Shown here: positions 27,509 through 37,432 of the stretch, one piece after another
Numbering within the stretch: the first letter of the stretch is position 1
Layout of the letters: every line of letters starts with the position of its first letter
Assembly: GCA_963667785.2 (NCBI GenBank)
Contig: CAXXMU010000001.1
Span: forward strand, 1,056,001 to 1,120,000
Direction: 5' to 3'
DNA: 64,000 bases
From: Alphaproteobacteria bacterium
Lineage (GTDB): Bacteria > Pseudomonadota > Alphaproteobacteria > UBA828
Notes under the pieces: model-generated
Seen by the model: only the letters and a program-made list of their open reading frames with translations
Told to the model about the DNA's origin: nothing
Databases searched by the model: none
Program-made: the position numbers and the translations under genes

Positions 27509-28414
27509 CTACTTCTTCCGGGCGCCCCGCTTGCCCTTGAACGGCCGGCGCTTGATGAAATCGTCGGCGATCTCGTCGAAGGTCGCCCAGATCACCCCCT
27601 CGTGGGCGCTGATGTGGGCGATGATCCGCTCCAGCATGAGGAGCGTCTGGGGTCGGCCGGAGATGTCGGGATGGATGGTCAGCGTGTAGACCGCGTAGTC
27701 CATCTCGCGATAGACCCAGTCGAACTGGTCGCGCCACCAGTCCTCGATGTCGCGCGGGTTGGTCCAGCCGCCGGAGTTCGGCACCTTCTTCATGAACATC
27801 ATCGGCGGCAGGTCGTCGAGGTACCAGCTTCCGGGAATCTGCACGATGGGGAAGGTGGTGCCCTTCTTCATCGGCTTCATCCACGACTTCGCCGGCTTGG
27901 AATAGTCGATCAACGTCCACTCCTCGTTGATCCGCATCCAGTAGGGCTCGAAGTCGTTGTGCATCTGGCTGTGGTCGTACTTGATGCCGCGCTCCATCAG
28001 GAGGTGGGGCGTGTAGGCGCTCATCTCCCACCAGGGCGCGACGTAGCCGGTCGGCGCCTTGCCGGCGAGCTTGGTGACCAGCTCCAGGGTCTTGTCGAGA
28101 ACATCCGCCTCCTGCTCCGGCGTCATCGCGATCGGGTTCTCGTGGGTGTAGCCGTGCAGGCCGATCTCGTGCCCCGCCGCCGCGACCGCCTTCATCTCCT
28201 TCGGGAAGGTCTCGATCGAATGGCCGGGGATGAACCAGCTCGTCTGGATGCCCGCCCGGTCGAAGAGCTTGAGCATGCGGGGGGTGCCGACCTCGGAGGC
28301 GAACACGCCCCGCGAGATGTCGCTCGGCGAATCGCCGCCGGCGTAGGAGCCGATCTGCCCCGCCACCGAATCCACGTCCACGCCGATTGCGACGAAGATT
28401 TCCTTCTTGGCCAT
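27509..28414 (-). CDS. CE4 polysaccharide deacetylase, HpPgdA/PuuE-like
   Basis: [27 protein letters not shown] and [10 protein letters not shown] motifs; GGAGG RBS. Confidence 0.9.
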   Translation of the reverse strand: MAKKEIFVAIGVDVDSVAGQIGSYAGGDSPSDISRGVFASEVGTPRMLKLFDRAGIQTSWFIPGHSIETFPKEMKAVAAAGHEIGLHGYTHENPIAMTPEQEADVLDKTLELVTKLAGKAPTGYVAPWWEMSAYTPHLLMERGIKYDHSQMHNDFEPYWMRINEEWTLIDYSKPAKSWMKPMKKGTTFPIVQIPGSWYLDDLPPMMFMKKVPNSGGWTNPRDIEDWWRDQFDWVYREMDYAVYTLTIHPDISGRPQTLLMLERIIAHISAHEGVIWATFDEIADDFIKRRPFKGKRGARKK

Positions 28415-28667
28415 CGCGACCTCCTCTCGGCCTGTCTGGCGCGGAGACTAGCCCGCATTTCTCACCAGGGCCATGGCCCGCGCGGCGCGCGGGGGAGGGA
28501 TCAAAGGAAGCGGGCCGGGAGCAGGCGCCGGCCCGACGCTGCTTCGATGCGGCCTACTAGGCCGTGTTCTCAAAAGACTGTCCGGCACATGGTCTGGATG
28601 CCGATCGGCGCACCAAGCATTTGATAGTCGTAGACCCACCGGCTTCAAGACCGAGGTCTACCGTTCC

Positions 28668-29213
28668 CTATTCGAAGCCGCACTCTTCGGGAGTGGCGCC
28701 GAGGGTCGCCCACACGCTGGCGCGATCCCCGAAGCAGCCGTTGCGCCACTCACCCATGTACTCCACACCGGACTCGTAATGTGCAATTCCGTAGCCGTGC
28801 GCCTGACGGCCTCGAAATTCGCCTTCGTAGCGGCCGCCGGGCCAGGTCAGGACCCCGTAGCCGTAGAACGCGCCCGCCTTCATGCCGCCTTCGTAGGTCT
28901 CCGTGCTGCCATCAGACGATCGCCAGACCAGCCGCCCTTCGCCTTCGGCCTTGCCATCAACGCACCCTCCCGACCACGTGAACGTCTCTCCCGGCTCAGG
29001 ATAAGGGTTGTGAACTTGACAAGATTGGTTCTCGACCACGATCCAGTCGGGGCCGAACGGCTTCATCAGGTCGTCTGCGGATGCTTGGGTCAGGAACATG
29101 AAGCTGATGGCGGCCGCGATCACAGGCATGAGCATTGTTCGGCTCCGGAACGTCGTTGCACGATTTCGGTTCGGGACCACTGACGCGGCATCCTGAATCA
29201 TGGTCCACATCAA
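28668..29213 (-). CDS. Secreted MORN-repeat protein (start uncertain)
   Basis: WSGGCVDGKAEGEG, YEGGMKAG, YEGEFRG and YMGEWRNG repeats; signal-like segment; lower GC than flanks. Confidence 0.75.
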   Translation of the reverse strand: MMWTMIQDAASVVPNRNRATTFRSRTMLMPVIAAAISFMFLTQASADDLMKPFGPDWIVVENQSCQVHNPYPEPGETFTWSGGCVDGKAEGEGRLVWRSSDGSTETYEGGMKAGAFYGYGVLTWPGGRYEGEFRGRQAHGYGIAHYESGVEYMGEWRNGCFGDRASVWATLGATPEECGFE

Positions 29214-29240
29214 TCGGGACCCCCCTTATGAGTACGCGGC

Positions 29241-31280
29241 CTAGTGTAGGGGCTCCATGGCGGCGGCCGTCTTGGCCAGGCGGACGAGGCCGAGGAACTC
29301 GGCGCGGTAGCCGAACGGGTCCTCGCCTCGCGCGGCCTGGGCGGCGGCGATGACGTCGTCGTAGCCGTATTGCCCGGTGTAGCGCCCGCCCCGCAGGAGC
29401 TGGCCGAAGCCGGCCACGGCCGCGGCGAAGCGGACCTCCCGCGAAGCACTCGCCGCGTTCTCGACCGAATCGGCCTCGCTCACGTGCCGCACGATCTCCG
29501 TGCTGGTCTCGGAGTCGGGCAGCTTGTAGCGGATCGAGACCGTAGCGAGCTCGTCGCCGAAGCCGGCGAGCCGCTCCACGCCCCGGTGCCGGTAGCGGAG
29601 CGGCGCGATGCGCTCGGCGCCCGAGCCCACCGGCGTCACCTCGTAGAGCGCAGTGACCGTGTGGCCGGCGCCGATCTCGCCGGCGTCCACCTTGTCGTTC
29701 CGAAAGTCCTCGCGCTCCAGCATGCGCGTCTCGTAGCCGATCAGCCGGTACTCGCTCACGTTGGCCGGGTTGAACTCCACCTGGATCTTCACGTCCTTGG
29801 CGATGGGGAAGAGGGTCGACGTCACCTCGTCCACCAGCACCTTGCGGGCTTCCGAGAGGGTATCGATATAGGCGGCGTTGCCGTTGCCGTTCTGCGCGAG
29901 CCGCTGCATCAGCGCATCGTTGTAGTTGCCCATGCCGAACCCCAGAACCGAGAGGTAGACGCCGCTCTCGCGCTTGCGCGCGATGTAGCCCTCCAGCGCG
30001 TCCGGATCGGTGATGCCCACGTTGAAGTCCCCGTCGGTGGCGAGGATCACCCGGTTGATGCCGCCCTCCACGAAGCTCCGCTCGGCCAGCAGATAGGCCT
30101 GGCGGATGCCCTCGCCGCCGGCGGTCGAGCCGCCCGCCCGGAGGCGCATGAGGGCGTCCATGATCCTGCCCGGCTCGGAGACGGGCGTCGGCTCCAGCAC
30201 CGTGCCGGCCGTGCCCGCATAGGTGACGATGGCCACGCGGTCCTCCGGCGCCAGCGTGTCCAGCAGCAGCCTGAGCGAGTTGATCAGCAGCGGCAGCTTG
30301 TTGGGCTCGTCCATCGAGCCGGAGGAATCGACGAGAAACACCAGGTTCGCCGGCGGGCGGGCCTCGGGCACGAACGTGTAGCCCTTGATGCCGATGTGCA
30401 TCAGCCGGGTCGCGTCGTTCCAGGGCGTCGGCATCAGCGAGACATGGGCGGCGAAGGGGGTCTCCCGGCTCTCCGGCGGCGCGTAGTCGTAGGCGAAATA
30501 GTTGACGAGCTCCTCGACCCGTACCGCGTCCGGCTGCGGCAGCACGCCCCGATTGAGCGAGGCCCGCATGAAGGCGTAGGAGGCGGTGTCCACGTCTATG
30601 GAAAAGGTGGAGACCGGCTCCTCGGCCACCACCTTCACCGGGTTGGGGTCGAACGCAGTAAACTGATCGCGGCCCTGATCGTGGCGGTCGAAGCCGGATA
30701 CCTGTTCCCTCCCCAGGGAGCGCCCGGACTTGAGCTCCAGCTCCGGAAACGCGCTTGCCAGTCCGGTGCTCAATCCGGACATGAGCGCGGACAGCTCGAG
30801 CATCGCCTCGTCGAACGCGGAGTCGGCCTCGGGGCTCGTCGGCGGCGCGCTCGCCGATTCGGCCACCCTCGCAGCTCGCTCCTCCACGGGCGCGGCGACC
30901 GGCTTCGGTTGCGGGGCGGGCTCGCTCTTGGCGTCGGTGCCCGCGACGTCGGCCTCGACGGCGACCAGCGGGGCGGGCGAAGGCGGCGCGGGCTCGCGCT
31001 GCGAGAGGATCTGGTAGGAGACGACGCCGGCCACGAGCAGCACGGCGGCGACACCGGCGATCGCCGGATAGGGACGGGAGAGCGGCATGACAAGCCTCCT
31101 GAGCCAGGACGTGGCGTCTTGCGCCACACGTCCCGTCCGACGCGCCTGCTCTCCGGATTCTTGGTGGTGCCTGTCGAAGGCAGCCAGCGCCGCGGCGCCC
31201 GCCCGCGCCTGCGCCCCGGGGGGCGGCTGCGGCGCGTTGGCGCGAAGGCTCGACGCCAGTCTTTCGAGTTCGTCGGTCAC
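29241..31280 (-). CDS. YfbK-like vWA-domain membrane protein (vWF_A + VWA + DUF3520-like)
   Basis: STFSIDVDTASY, DSSGSM MIDAS, ATDGDFNVG and YRLIGYE motifs; single TM near the N-terminus; GTG start overlaps the sigma stop (GTGA). Confidence 0.88.
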   Translation of the reverse strand: MTDELERLASSLRANAPQPPPGAQARAGAAALAAFDRHHQESGEQARRTGRVAQDATSWLRRLVMPLSRPYPAIAGVAAVLLVAGVVSYQILSQREPAPPSPAPLVAVEADVAGTDAKSEPAPQPKPVAAPVEERAARVAESASAPPTSPEADSAFDEAMLELSALMSGLSTGLASAFPELELKSGRSLGREQVSGFDRHDQGRDQFTAFDPNPVKVVAEEPVSTFSIDVDTASYAFMRASLNRGVLPQPDAVRVEELVNYFAYDYAPPESRETPFAAHVSLMPTPWNDATRLMHIGIKGYTFVPEARPPANLVFLVDSSGSMDEPNKLPLLINSLRLLLDTLAPEDRVAIVTYAGTAGTVLEPTPVSEPGRIMDALMRLRAGGSTAGGEGIRQAYLLAERSFVEGGINRVILATDGDFNVGITDPDALEGYIARKRESGVYLSVLGFGMGNYNDALMQRLAQNGNGNAAYIDTLSEARKVLVDEVTSTLFPIAKDVKIQVEFNPANVSEYRLIGYETRMLEREDFRNDKVDAGEIGAGHTVTALYEVTPVGSGAERIAPLRYRHRGVERLAGFGDELATVSIRYKLPDSETSTEIVRHVSEADSVENAASASREVRFAAAVAGFGQLLRGGRYTGQYGYDDVIAAAQAARGEDPFGYRAEFLGLVRLAKTAAAMEPLH

Positions 31281-31822
31281 GGCGCCCTCTCTTCCTCCGC
31301 AGCGACGGCGCGTACGTGCCTGCGCACCTCGTGCATTCGCCACGACACCGTCGATTCGGCCACCCCGAGCACGCTCGCGGCTTCCGCGTGCCGCAACCCC
31401 TCCTCGAGCACGAGAGAGACGGTCAGACGCAGATCGTCCCCGAGCCCGGCCAGCACCTGCCGCAACCACGCGGCCTCGTCGTCGAGCGCAGCCTGTCCCG
31501 CCCGCGTCATCGCATCGACCTCCGCATAGTCCCGCTCGTGTCTCCGCTGGGTGCCGGTGCGCCGCATCCTGTCGCGCGCGGTATTGATCACGACCCGGTA
31601 GAGCCAGGTCGTGAACCGGCTCTCTCCCCGGTAGGACGAGAGCCCGGCCACGAGGCCGACGCAGACGTCCTGCGCCAGGTCCGCCGCTTCCTCGTCGTTG
31701 CCGAGCGCGCGTGTGCCGACGCGGAAGATCAGCCCGTAGTGGCGTTCGACGAGCGCGGCGAACGCCTCCCGGTCTCCCGCGGCGGCCCGGCGGGCCAGCG
31801 CACAGTCCGAGTCTTCCCTCAT
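31277..31822 (-). CDS. ECF RNA polymerase sigma factor
   Basis: GDREAF, AADLAQDV, FTTWLYRV and EAASVLGVAESTVSWR (sigma2 and sigma4 domains). Confidence 0.92.
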   Translation of the reverse strand: MREDSDCALARRAAAGDREAFAALVERHYGLIFRVGTRALGNDEEAADLAQDVCVGLVAGLSSYRGESRFTTWLYRVVINTARDRMRRTGTQRRHERDYAEVDAMTRAGQAALDDEAAWLRQVLAGLGDDLRLTVSLVLEEGLRHAEAASVLGVAESTVSWRMHEVRRHVRAVAAEEERAP

Positions 31823-31948
31823 GCGGACGTGATGGTCCGACGTACCGTCATGGTGGAGAGTATGACGCGCGTCGCGCCGGAATCCTTGGGCGGCGGCGGC
31901 CCGGCCCGATCGGCGGCATCGCCCGGGCCGTGTCGTCCAGGGGGCTCG

Positions 31949-32127
31949 TTAGAGCATGTCCGCTTTACACGGAAACGCTCTAGCCTCTTTGTCGCTCACG
32001 GCAGCCGGCCTGCGACCGGCGCCGTCGCGCGTCCACGCGCGCGGAGCGCACGATGCGGGCGCGCCGCATAAGCGGCGGGCCGCAGTCGCGGCCTGTCGCG
32101 TATCCGTCAAAGACGGATACGCTCTAG
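31949..32127. mobile_element. MITE-like (CIR/RIME-type) non-autonomous element with TAGAGC ends
   Basis: Imperfect ~29-bp terminal inverted repeats, TAGAGCATGTCCGCTTTACACGGAAACGC and GCGTATCCGTCAAAGACGGATACGCTCTA; each arm is itself a hairpin. Confidence 0.65.
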
Positions 32128-33527
32128 GCGTCGAGGCCCGGCGGGGTGCGCAGGTGCCAGTCGGTGGCCTGCTCGTAGGCCCAGCCGATGCGGAGCGCGG
32201 TCGCCTCGTCATGGCTGCGGCAGACGATGTGCAGCGCCGTCGGCAGCCCGCTCGCCGTGGCGCCGTTGGGCACCACGAGCGCGCACCATTCCAGCCAGTT
32301 GGCGAGTCGCGTGAAGTGGGCCGGCGTCTTGCCCTGGTCGATCGCGTCCACCGCCGGCGCCGGCGTCAGCGTGCCGGGCGTCAGCAGGGCGTCGAAGCCT
32401 TCCATCGCCGCCAGCGCGGCCCGCTTGTCCTCCCGGCGCTTGTCGAGCAGCGCGAGGTAGTCGGCGGCCGAAACGCCGCGGCCGAGCCAGATGCGCGGGC
32501 GCACGTCTTCGTCGATGGGGAGCGATTCGTCGTCCACCAGCCGGCCTACGTGGAAGTAGCCCTCGGTGCCGATCAGCCTGCCCACGTCGGCGCCATACTC
32601 GGCGGCCGAGCGCGGCAGCGCCAGCGTCTCGCAGCGCGCGCCCGATTCCGTCAGCAGGTCGACGGCCGCGTCGTAGGCGGCGAGCACCTCGGCATCGACG
32701 CCGCGCCGCTCGGCCTCGGCCATGACGCCCAGGCGAAGCCCGGCGACGCCGCGCCGCAGGTGGGGCAGGGGATCGTCGGGCGCATGGCGGAGCGTGGCCG
32801 GATCGGCGGGGTCGGGGCCCTGCAGGACGCCGTAGAGCCGGGCCGCGTCCTCCACCGAGCGAGTCATCGGGCCGGGCGTGTCCAGCGTGTGGGAAAGCGG
32901 CAGCACGCCCGCCGTGCTGATCCGCCCGATCGTCACCTTGAGGCCGGCGAGCCCGCACCAAGCCGAAGGGATCCGCACCGAGCCGCCGGTATCGGTGCCG
33001 ATCGCCCAGGGCACGAGGCGGGCGGCGACGGAGACGCCGGAGCCGCTGCTCGAGCCGCCCGGCGCGCGGTGGACCGCCCGGTCCCAGGGATTGCGCGGCG
33101 TCCCCATGTGCTGGTTGGTGCCCCAGCCGCCCATGGCGAATTCCACGGTGTTGGCCTTGCCGATGACGATCATGCCGGCTTCGATCAGCCGGCGCGCGAG
33201 CGTCGCCGTGGAAGGCGAGACGCGCCCCTCCCAGTGCCTGCTGCCGCCGGTGGTGATGCGGCCCTCGATGTCGATGATGTCCTTCAGCGCGATCGGCACG
33301 CCGTGCCAGGGGCCGATGGCGTGGCCTGCGCGGATCGCCTTGTGCGCCGCCTCGGCGCACGCCCGCGCCTCGTCGCGATAGACCGCGGCGAAGGCGTGCA
33401 GCTCCTCGCCGTGTGCGTCGATGCGGGCGAGCAGCGCGTCCACGAGCTCGACCGGGCTGAGCCGCCCGGCCTGGATCGCCTCGGACGCCTCGCAGGCGGT
33501 CAGGAACGCCGGGTTCGATGGCGGCAT
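32124..33527 (-). CDS. Amidase signature family protein
   Basis: ALKD, PGGSSSGS and GTDTGGSVRIPS motifs; start trimmed to MPPSNPAF. Confidence 0.93.
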   Translation of the reverse strand: MPPSNPAFLTACEASEAIQAGRLSPVELVDALLARIDAHGEELHAFAAVYRDEARACAEAAHKAIRAGHAIGPWHGVPIALKDIIDIEGRITTGGSRHWEGRVSPSTATLARRLIEAGMIVIGKANTVEFAMGGWGTNQHMGTPRNPWDRAVHRAPGGSSSGSGVSVAARLVPWAIGTDTGGSVRIPSAWCGLAGLKVTIGRISTAGVLPLSHTLDTPGPMTRSVEDAARLYGVLQGPDPADPATLRHAPDDPLPHLRRGVAGLRLGVMAEAERRGVDAEVLAAYDAAVDLLTESGARCETLALPRSAAEYGADVGRLIGTEGYFHVGRLVDDESLPIDEDVRPRIWLGRGVSAADYLALLDKRREDKRAALAAMEGFDALLTPGTLTPAPAVDAIDQGKTPAHFTRLANWLEWCALVVPNGATASGLPTALHIVCRSHDEATALRIGWAYEQATDWHLRTPPGLDA

Positions 33528-33556
33528 GGGGAACTCCCTCGAGAATATACGCGTTG

Positions 33557-33973
33557 TCAGGCGGTCTTCGCGGGGGCCGGCGTCTCGGGCCCGAGGTCCT
33601 CGCCGTAGCGGGTGATGACGCCCGTGGTATGGAAGGTCTCCCACGCCACGCCCTCGGGATCGAAGACCCAGGTCTTGTCGCCCCGCGCGTAGCAGCAGTG
33701 CGCGTCCGCCTGGTCGACGTGGCGTTCGCCCGCTTCCTTCAGCCGCCCGGCAAGCGCGCCAAGTTCATCGGCGCTCTCCGTCTGGATGCCGAGATGGTCG
33801 ACGCCGGGCGCGCCGCAGCCAGTCGAGATCGAGAGGTTGAGGCGCGGGTCCTCCAGCATCCACTTGGCGTAGTCGGCCTTCAGCACCGTCGGGCCGGTGC
33901 CGAAGAGAGTCGTGTAGAACCCGACCGAGCGCTTGAGGTCGCTCACCGAGATGCTGATGTGCACGCGCTTCAT
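33557..33973 (-). CDS. ArsI/CadI-like VOC (glyoxalase) family protein
   Basis: MKRVH, YAKWMLEDPRLN and CCYARGDKTWVFDP...WE motifs. Confidence 0.88.
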   Translation of the reverse strand: MKRVHISISVSDLKRSVGFYTTLFGTGPTVLKADYAKWMLEDPRLNLSISTGCGAPGVDHLGIQTESADELGALAGRLKEAGERHVDQADAHCCYARGDKTWVFDPEGVAWETFHTTGVITRYGEDLGPETPAPAKTA

Positions 33974-34048
33974 GGCCGTCTCCCGTCGGCTGCGGCTATC
34001 TCGCGGTTGATACACCGACGCGGCGCGGCGTGCCACCGGCGCCTGCTC

Positions 34049-34771
34049 TTAGCCGAGGAACGTGGCGGCGAAGCGGGGATAGACGTCGGCAAGGGCCGCG
34101 CCGACCGGTCCCCGGAGCAGCGCCATCGTTCCTGCGTCCGGCGCCGGCGTCTCGGGCGGGTCGTCGGCGCTGTCGAAGTCGAAGCCGGTGGCGTCGCGCA
34201 CCTCGTCGAGGCTGTGGCCGGGGTGCAGCGAGGCGAGGCGGAAGCGCCCCCGCGCGGGCTCGAAGCGGAAGACGCAGCGCCCCGTCACCAGTGCGTAGGG
34301 CCCGCCCGGCCGGTAGACGCCGGGCGGACTCGTGCCCGGCGCGCTGACGAAGTCCACTCTGCGGACGAGGGTGCGCGGCGAGTGCTCGAGGCGGAACAGG
34401 ATGACGCGGGGCACCACGAAGTAGAGGTAGGCGGAGCCGTACGAGCCGGGGAAGCGCTTCTCGGCGGCGGGGTGGGGGCCGGTGCCGACGAGGTTGATGT
34501 CGGCGCCGCCGTCGATCTGCACCCCGCCGAGGAAGAAGGCGTCGATGCGCCCCTGGCCGGCGCGGTCGAAGAGCTCGCGCCCGCCGTCGGTGAAGTCGCT
34601 CCCGGCCTGCGCACCGAGCAGGCTCAGCGCCGGCCGGCCGCCGCCGCGCTCGCGCGCGAGCAGGGCGGCTGCGGCGGGAATCGGCGAGGAGGCCCCGACC
34701 GCGACCCGGCCCAGCCCTTCGAGCATGCCGGCGATGACGTCGATGAGGAGCGCGGTCGTTTCCGTGTTCAT
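34049..34771 (-). CDS. CoA-transferase beta subunit (glutaconate CoA-transferase-like)
   Basis: FFLGGVQID...INL, FPGSYG and VDFVSAPG motifs; overlaps the alpha subunit. Confidence 0.82.
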   Translation of the reverse strand: MNTETTALLIDVIAGMLEGLGRVAVGASSPIPAAAALLARERGGGRPALSLLGAQAGSDFTDGGRELFDRAGQGRIDAFFLGGVQIDGGADINLVGTGPHPAAEKRFPGSYGSAYLYFVVPRVILFRLEHSPRTLVRRVDFVSAPGTSPPGVYRPGGPYALVTGRCVFRFEPARGRFRLASLHPGHSLDEVRDATGFDFDSADDPPETPAPDAGTMALLRGPVGAALADVYPRFAATFLG

Positions 34772-35601
34772 TCGGCGGCGCAGAGGCCGGCCGCGTCTTC
34801 GTCCACGTACTCGGCGCAGTACTCCGCGAAGCCTTCCTCGCTCGCCGCGAGCCGGGCGTACTCGGCGAGGTGGGCGCGGTCGGGCTCGTAGCGGCCGGCG
34901 AGGCCGAGGGGCCAGGCGCCCTCGGCCACCTCGGCGAGCGCCGTGACGTAGAGCGCGGGCAGCGTGCCCGCCGCCAGCGCCTCGTCGGCCAGCAGGTCGC
35001 CGGGTCGCACTTCCTCGACCGTGACCAGCGTCTCGCGCGACGCATGGGCCATGGTCACGAGCTCGCGCCTCGCGCCGAGCCAGACGTTGCCGTGCTCGTC
35101 GGCGAAGGGGGCGTGGAAGAGGGCGACATCGGGGCGGAGCGCCGGCAGCAGGACGATGGGGTCGCCGCCCTCGGCGAGCGGGTTGTCGATCACCCGCCAG
35201 TCGGGGCGCGCCCGGAGCAGGTCCGAGCCGATGAGGCCGCGCAAGGGCATGAAGGGTACGCCCTTCTCGGCCGCCTGGAGCGCGGCGTGGATCGCCGGGC
35301 AGGTGGATTCGCGGATCGCGAGCCTGCCTGCCTCGATCGCCGCCGAGAAGCGGGGCGCATTGCCAAGCTCGCCGAGGCTCACCGCCGCGGTCTCGACGGT
35401 GGCGACGCAGCCGGCGCCGATCAGCAGGTCCGCCGCGATGCCGGCCTGCGGCACCGTCACGAGGTGCAGATCGCGCACTCCGTGCCGCACCAGCGCGCGC
35501 ACCGCGGCCATCGGGACGAAGGAATAGTCCGGCGGCAACGCCAGCGTGGCGCCGCCCGCGATTCGGCCCGCGAGCCCGTCGAGGGGCAGCGTCTCGGTCA
35601 C
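34768..35601 (-). CDS. CoA-transferase alpha subunit
   Basis: DLLIGAGCV, GVPFMPLRGLIGSD and PDVALFHA...ADEHGN motifs. Confidence 0.85.
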   Translation of the reverse strand: MTETLPLDGLAGRIAGGATLALPPDYSFVPMAAVRALVRHGVRDLHLVTVPQAGIAADLLIGAGCVATVETAAVSLGELGNAPRFSAAIEAGRLAIRESTCPAIHAALQAAEKGVPFMPLRGLIGSDLLRARPDWRVIDNPLAEGGDPIVLLPALRPDVALFHAPFADEHGNVWLGARRELVTMAHASRETLVTVEEVRPGDLLADEALAAGTLPALYVTALAEVAEGAWPLGLAGRYEPDRAHLAEYARLAASEEGFAEYCAEYVDEDAAGLCAAE

Positions 35602-35620
35602 GGGCGTGCGCTCCCGCCGC

Positions 35621-37399
35621 TCAGAACTCGTCCGCGCCGTGGGCCATCACGGCGTTCTTGCCCGCCATGATCTTGAGGAAGAGCCCGGCGGTGTCCGGCA
35701 GGACTTTCTGCACGTAGAAGCGGGCGGTCTTGAGCTTGGTGTCGTAGAAGGCCTCGCCGTTCTGCTTGTCGCGGGCGAGCTTCGCCATCTGGCACCACAT
35801 GTAGCCGACCGCCACCAGCCCGAACATCCTGAGGTAGTCGGACGCCGCGGCGCCGGCCTCCTCGGGATCGCCCAGGCCGCGCTGGGCGATGACCAGCGTC
35901 GCGGTCTGCAGCTTGCCGAGCGCCTTGCCCACCGGGCCGACGATGTCGGCGAGCTCGGGGTCGTCCTTGTTGGCCTCGACGAAGGCCACGGCGGGGTGGA
36001 AGAAGTGGCGCAGGTAGCGCCCGGCCCGCTGGGGCAGCTTGCGGCCCACCAGATCGAGAGCCTGGATGCCGTTCGCGCCCTCGTAGATCTGGCTGATCCG
36101 CGCGTCGCGCACGAGCTGCTCCATGCCGTGCTCGCGGATATAGCCGTGGCCGCCGTGGACCTGGAGGGCGAGGTTGGTGGACTCGAAGCCGTAGTCGGTG
36201 AAGAAGGCCTTGATGATGGGCGTCATCAACTGGACCAGCTCGTCCGCATCCTCGCGCACCGAGGCGTCCTCGTGGCTGCGGGAGATGTCGAGCTGCAGCG
36301 CCACCCAGTAGGCGAGTGCCCGCGCCCCTTCGTTGATCGCGCGCTGGATGAGCAGCATGCGGCGCACGTCGGGGTGGACGATGATCGGGTCGGCCGCCGC
36401 CTCCGGCTCTTCGGCGCCCTTGAGTCCGCGCCCCTGGCGGCGGTCCTTGGCATAGGCCGTGGCGCTCTGATAGGCGGTCTCGCCCAGGCCCAGGCCCTGC
36501 AGGCCGACGCCGAGGCGGGCGCCGTTCATCATCGTGAACATGCAGCGCAGCCCCTTGTGCGGCGCGCCGATCAGGTAGCCCTCCGCCTCCTCGAAGTGCA
36601 TCACGCAGGTGGCGGAGCCGTGGATGCCCATCTTCTCCTCGATCGAGCCGCAGGAGACGCCGTTGGCGGGGCCGGGGCTGCCGTCGGCGTTCAGCCTGCG
36701 CTTCGGCACCAGGAACAGGCTGATGCCGCGCACGCCGCGCGGCGCGTCGGGGAGCTTCGCCAGCACCAGATGGACGATGTTGTCCGTGAGGTCGTGCTCG
36801 CCGGCGGAGATGAAGATCTTGGTCCCGGAGATCGCGTAGCGGCCCTCGCCGGTCGGCACCGCCTTGGTGCGGATGAGGCCGAGGTCGGTGCCGCAGTGGG
36901 GCTCGGTCAGGCACATGGTGCCGCTCCAGGTGCCGTCGCCCAGGTGTGGCAAATAAGCCTGCTTCAGCGCCTCGGTGGCGTGCAGCTCGATGACCGAGGC
37001 GGCCCCGTTCGAGAGCAGCGGGTAGACGCCGAAGGCGAGATTGGTCGAGCAGACCATCTCGTCGAAGACCATGCTGATGAGCTGTGGCAGCCCCTTGCCG
37101 CCGTAGTCCGGCGACATCGTGACGCCGGTCCAGCCGGCATCGACGAAGGTCTTGTAGGCCTCCTTGTACCCGGCGGGTGTGCGCACCACACCGTTCTCGT
37201 AGTGGCAGCCCTCCTCGTCGGCCGGGCGGTTGAGCGGCAGCAGCGTGTTCTCGCAGAGCTTGGCGCCCTCCTCGATCATGGCGTCGATGACGTCGGGCGT
37301 CGCGTCCTCGTAGCCGGGAAGGTCGGCGATCGTGCCGACGTCGAGAAGCTCGTTGAGCACGAAGCGCATGTCGCGCAGCGGGGCGCTGTAGGTCTGCAT
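35621..37399 (-). CDS. Acyl-CoA dehydrogenase (DmdC / FadE5-like long type)
   Basis: GTMCLTEPHCGTD, GTKIFIS, EEKMGIHGSATC, GGHGYI and IYEGANGIQALD motifs. Confidence 0.92.
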   Translation of the reverse strand: MQTYSAPLRDMRFVLNELLDVGTIADLPGYEDATPDVIDAMIEEGAKLCENTLLPLNRPADEEGCHYENGVVRTPAGYKEAYKTFVDAGWTGVTMSPDYGGKGLPQLISMVFDEMVCSTNLAFGVYPLLSNGAASVIELHATEALKQAYLPHLGDGTWSGTMCLTEPHCGTDLGLIRTKAVPTGEGRYAISGTKIFISAGEHDLTDNIVHLVLAKLPDAPRGVRGISLFLVPKRRLNADGSPGPANGVSCGSIEEKMGIHGSATCVMHFEEAEGYLIGAPHKGLRCMFTMMNGARLGVGLQGLGLGETAYQSATAYAKDRRQGRGLKGAEEPEAAADPIIVHPDVRRMLLIQRAINEGARALAYWVALQLDISRSHEDASVREDADELVQLMTPIIKAFFTDYGFESTNLALQVHGGHGYIREHGMEQLVRDARISQIYEGANGIQALDLVGRKLPQRAGRYLRHFFHPAVAFVEANKDDPELADIVGPVGKALGKLQTATLVIAQRGLGDPEEAGAAASDYLRMFGLVAVGYMWCQMAKLARDKQNGEAFYDTKLKTARFYVQKVLPDTAGLFLKIMAGKNAVMAHGADEF

Positions 37400-37432
37400 G
37401 ACGGTCTCTCCGGAGTCTCCTGTTGTCCGCGC

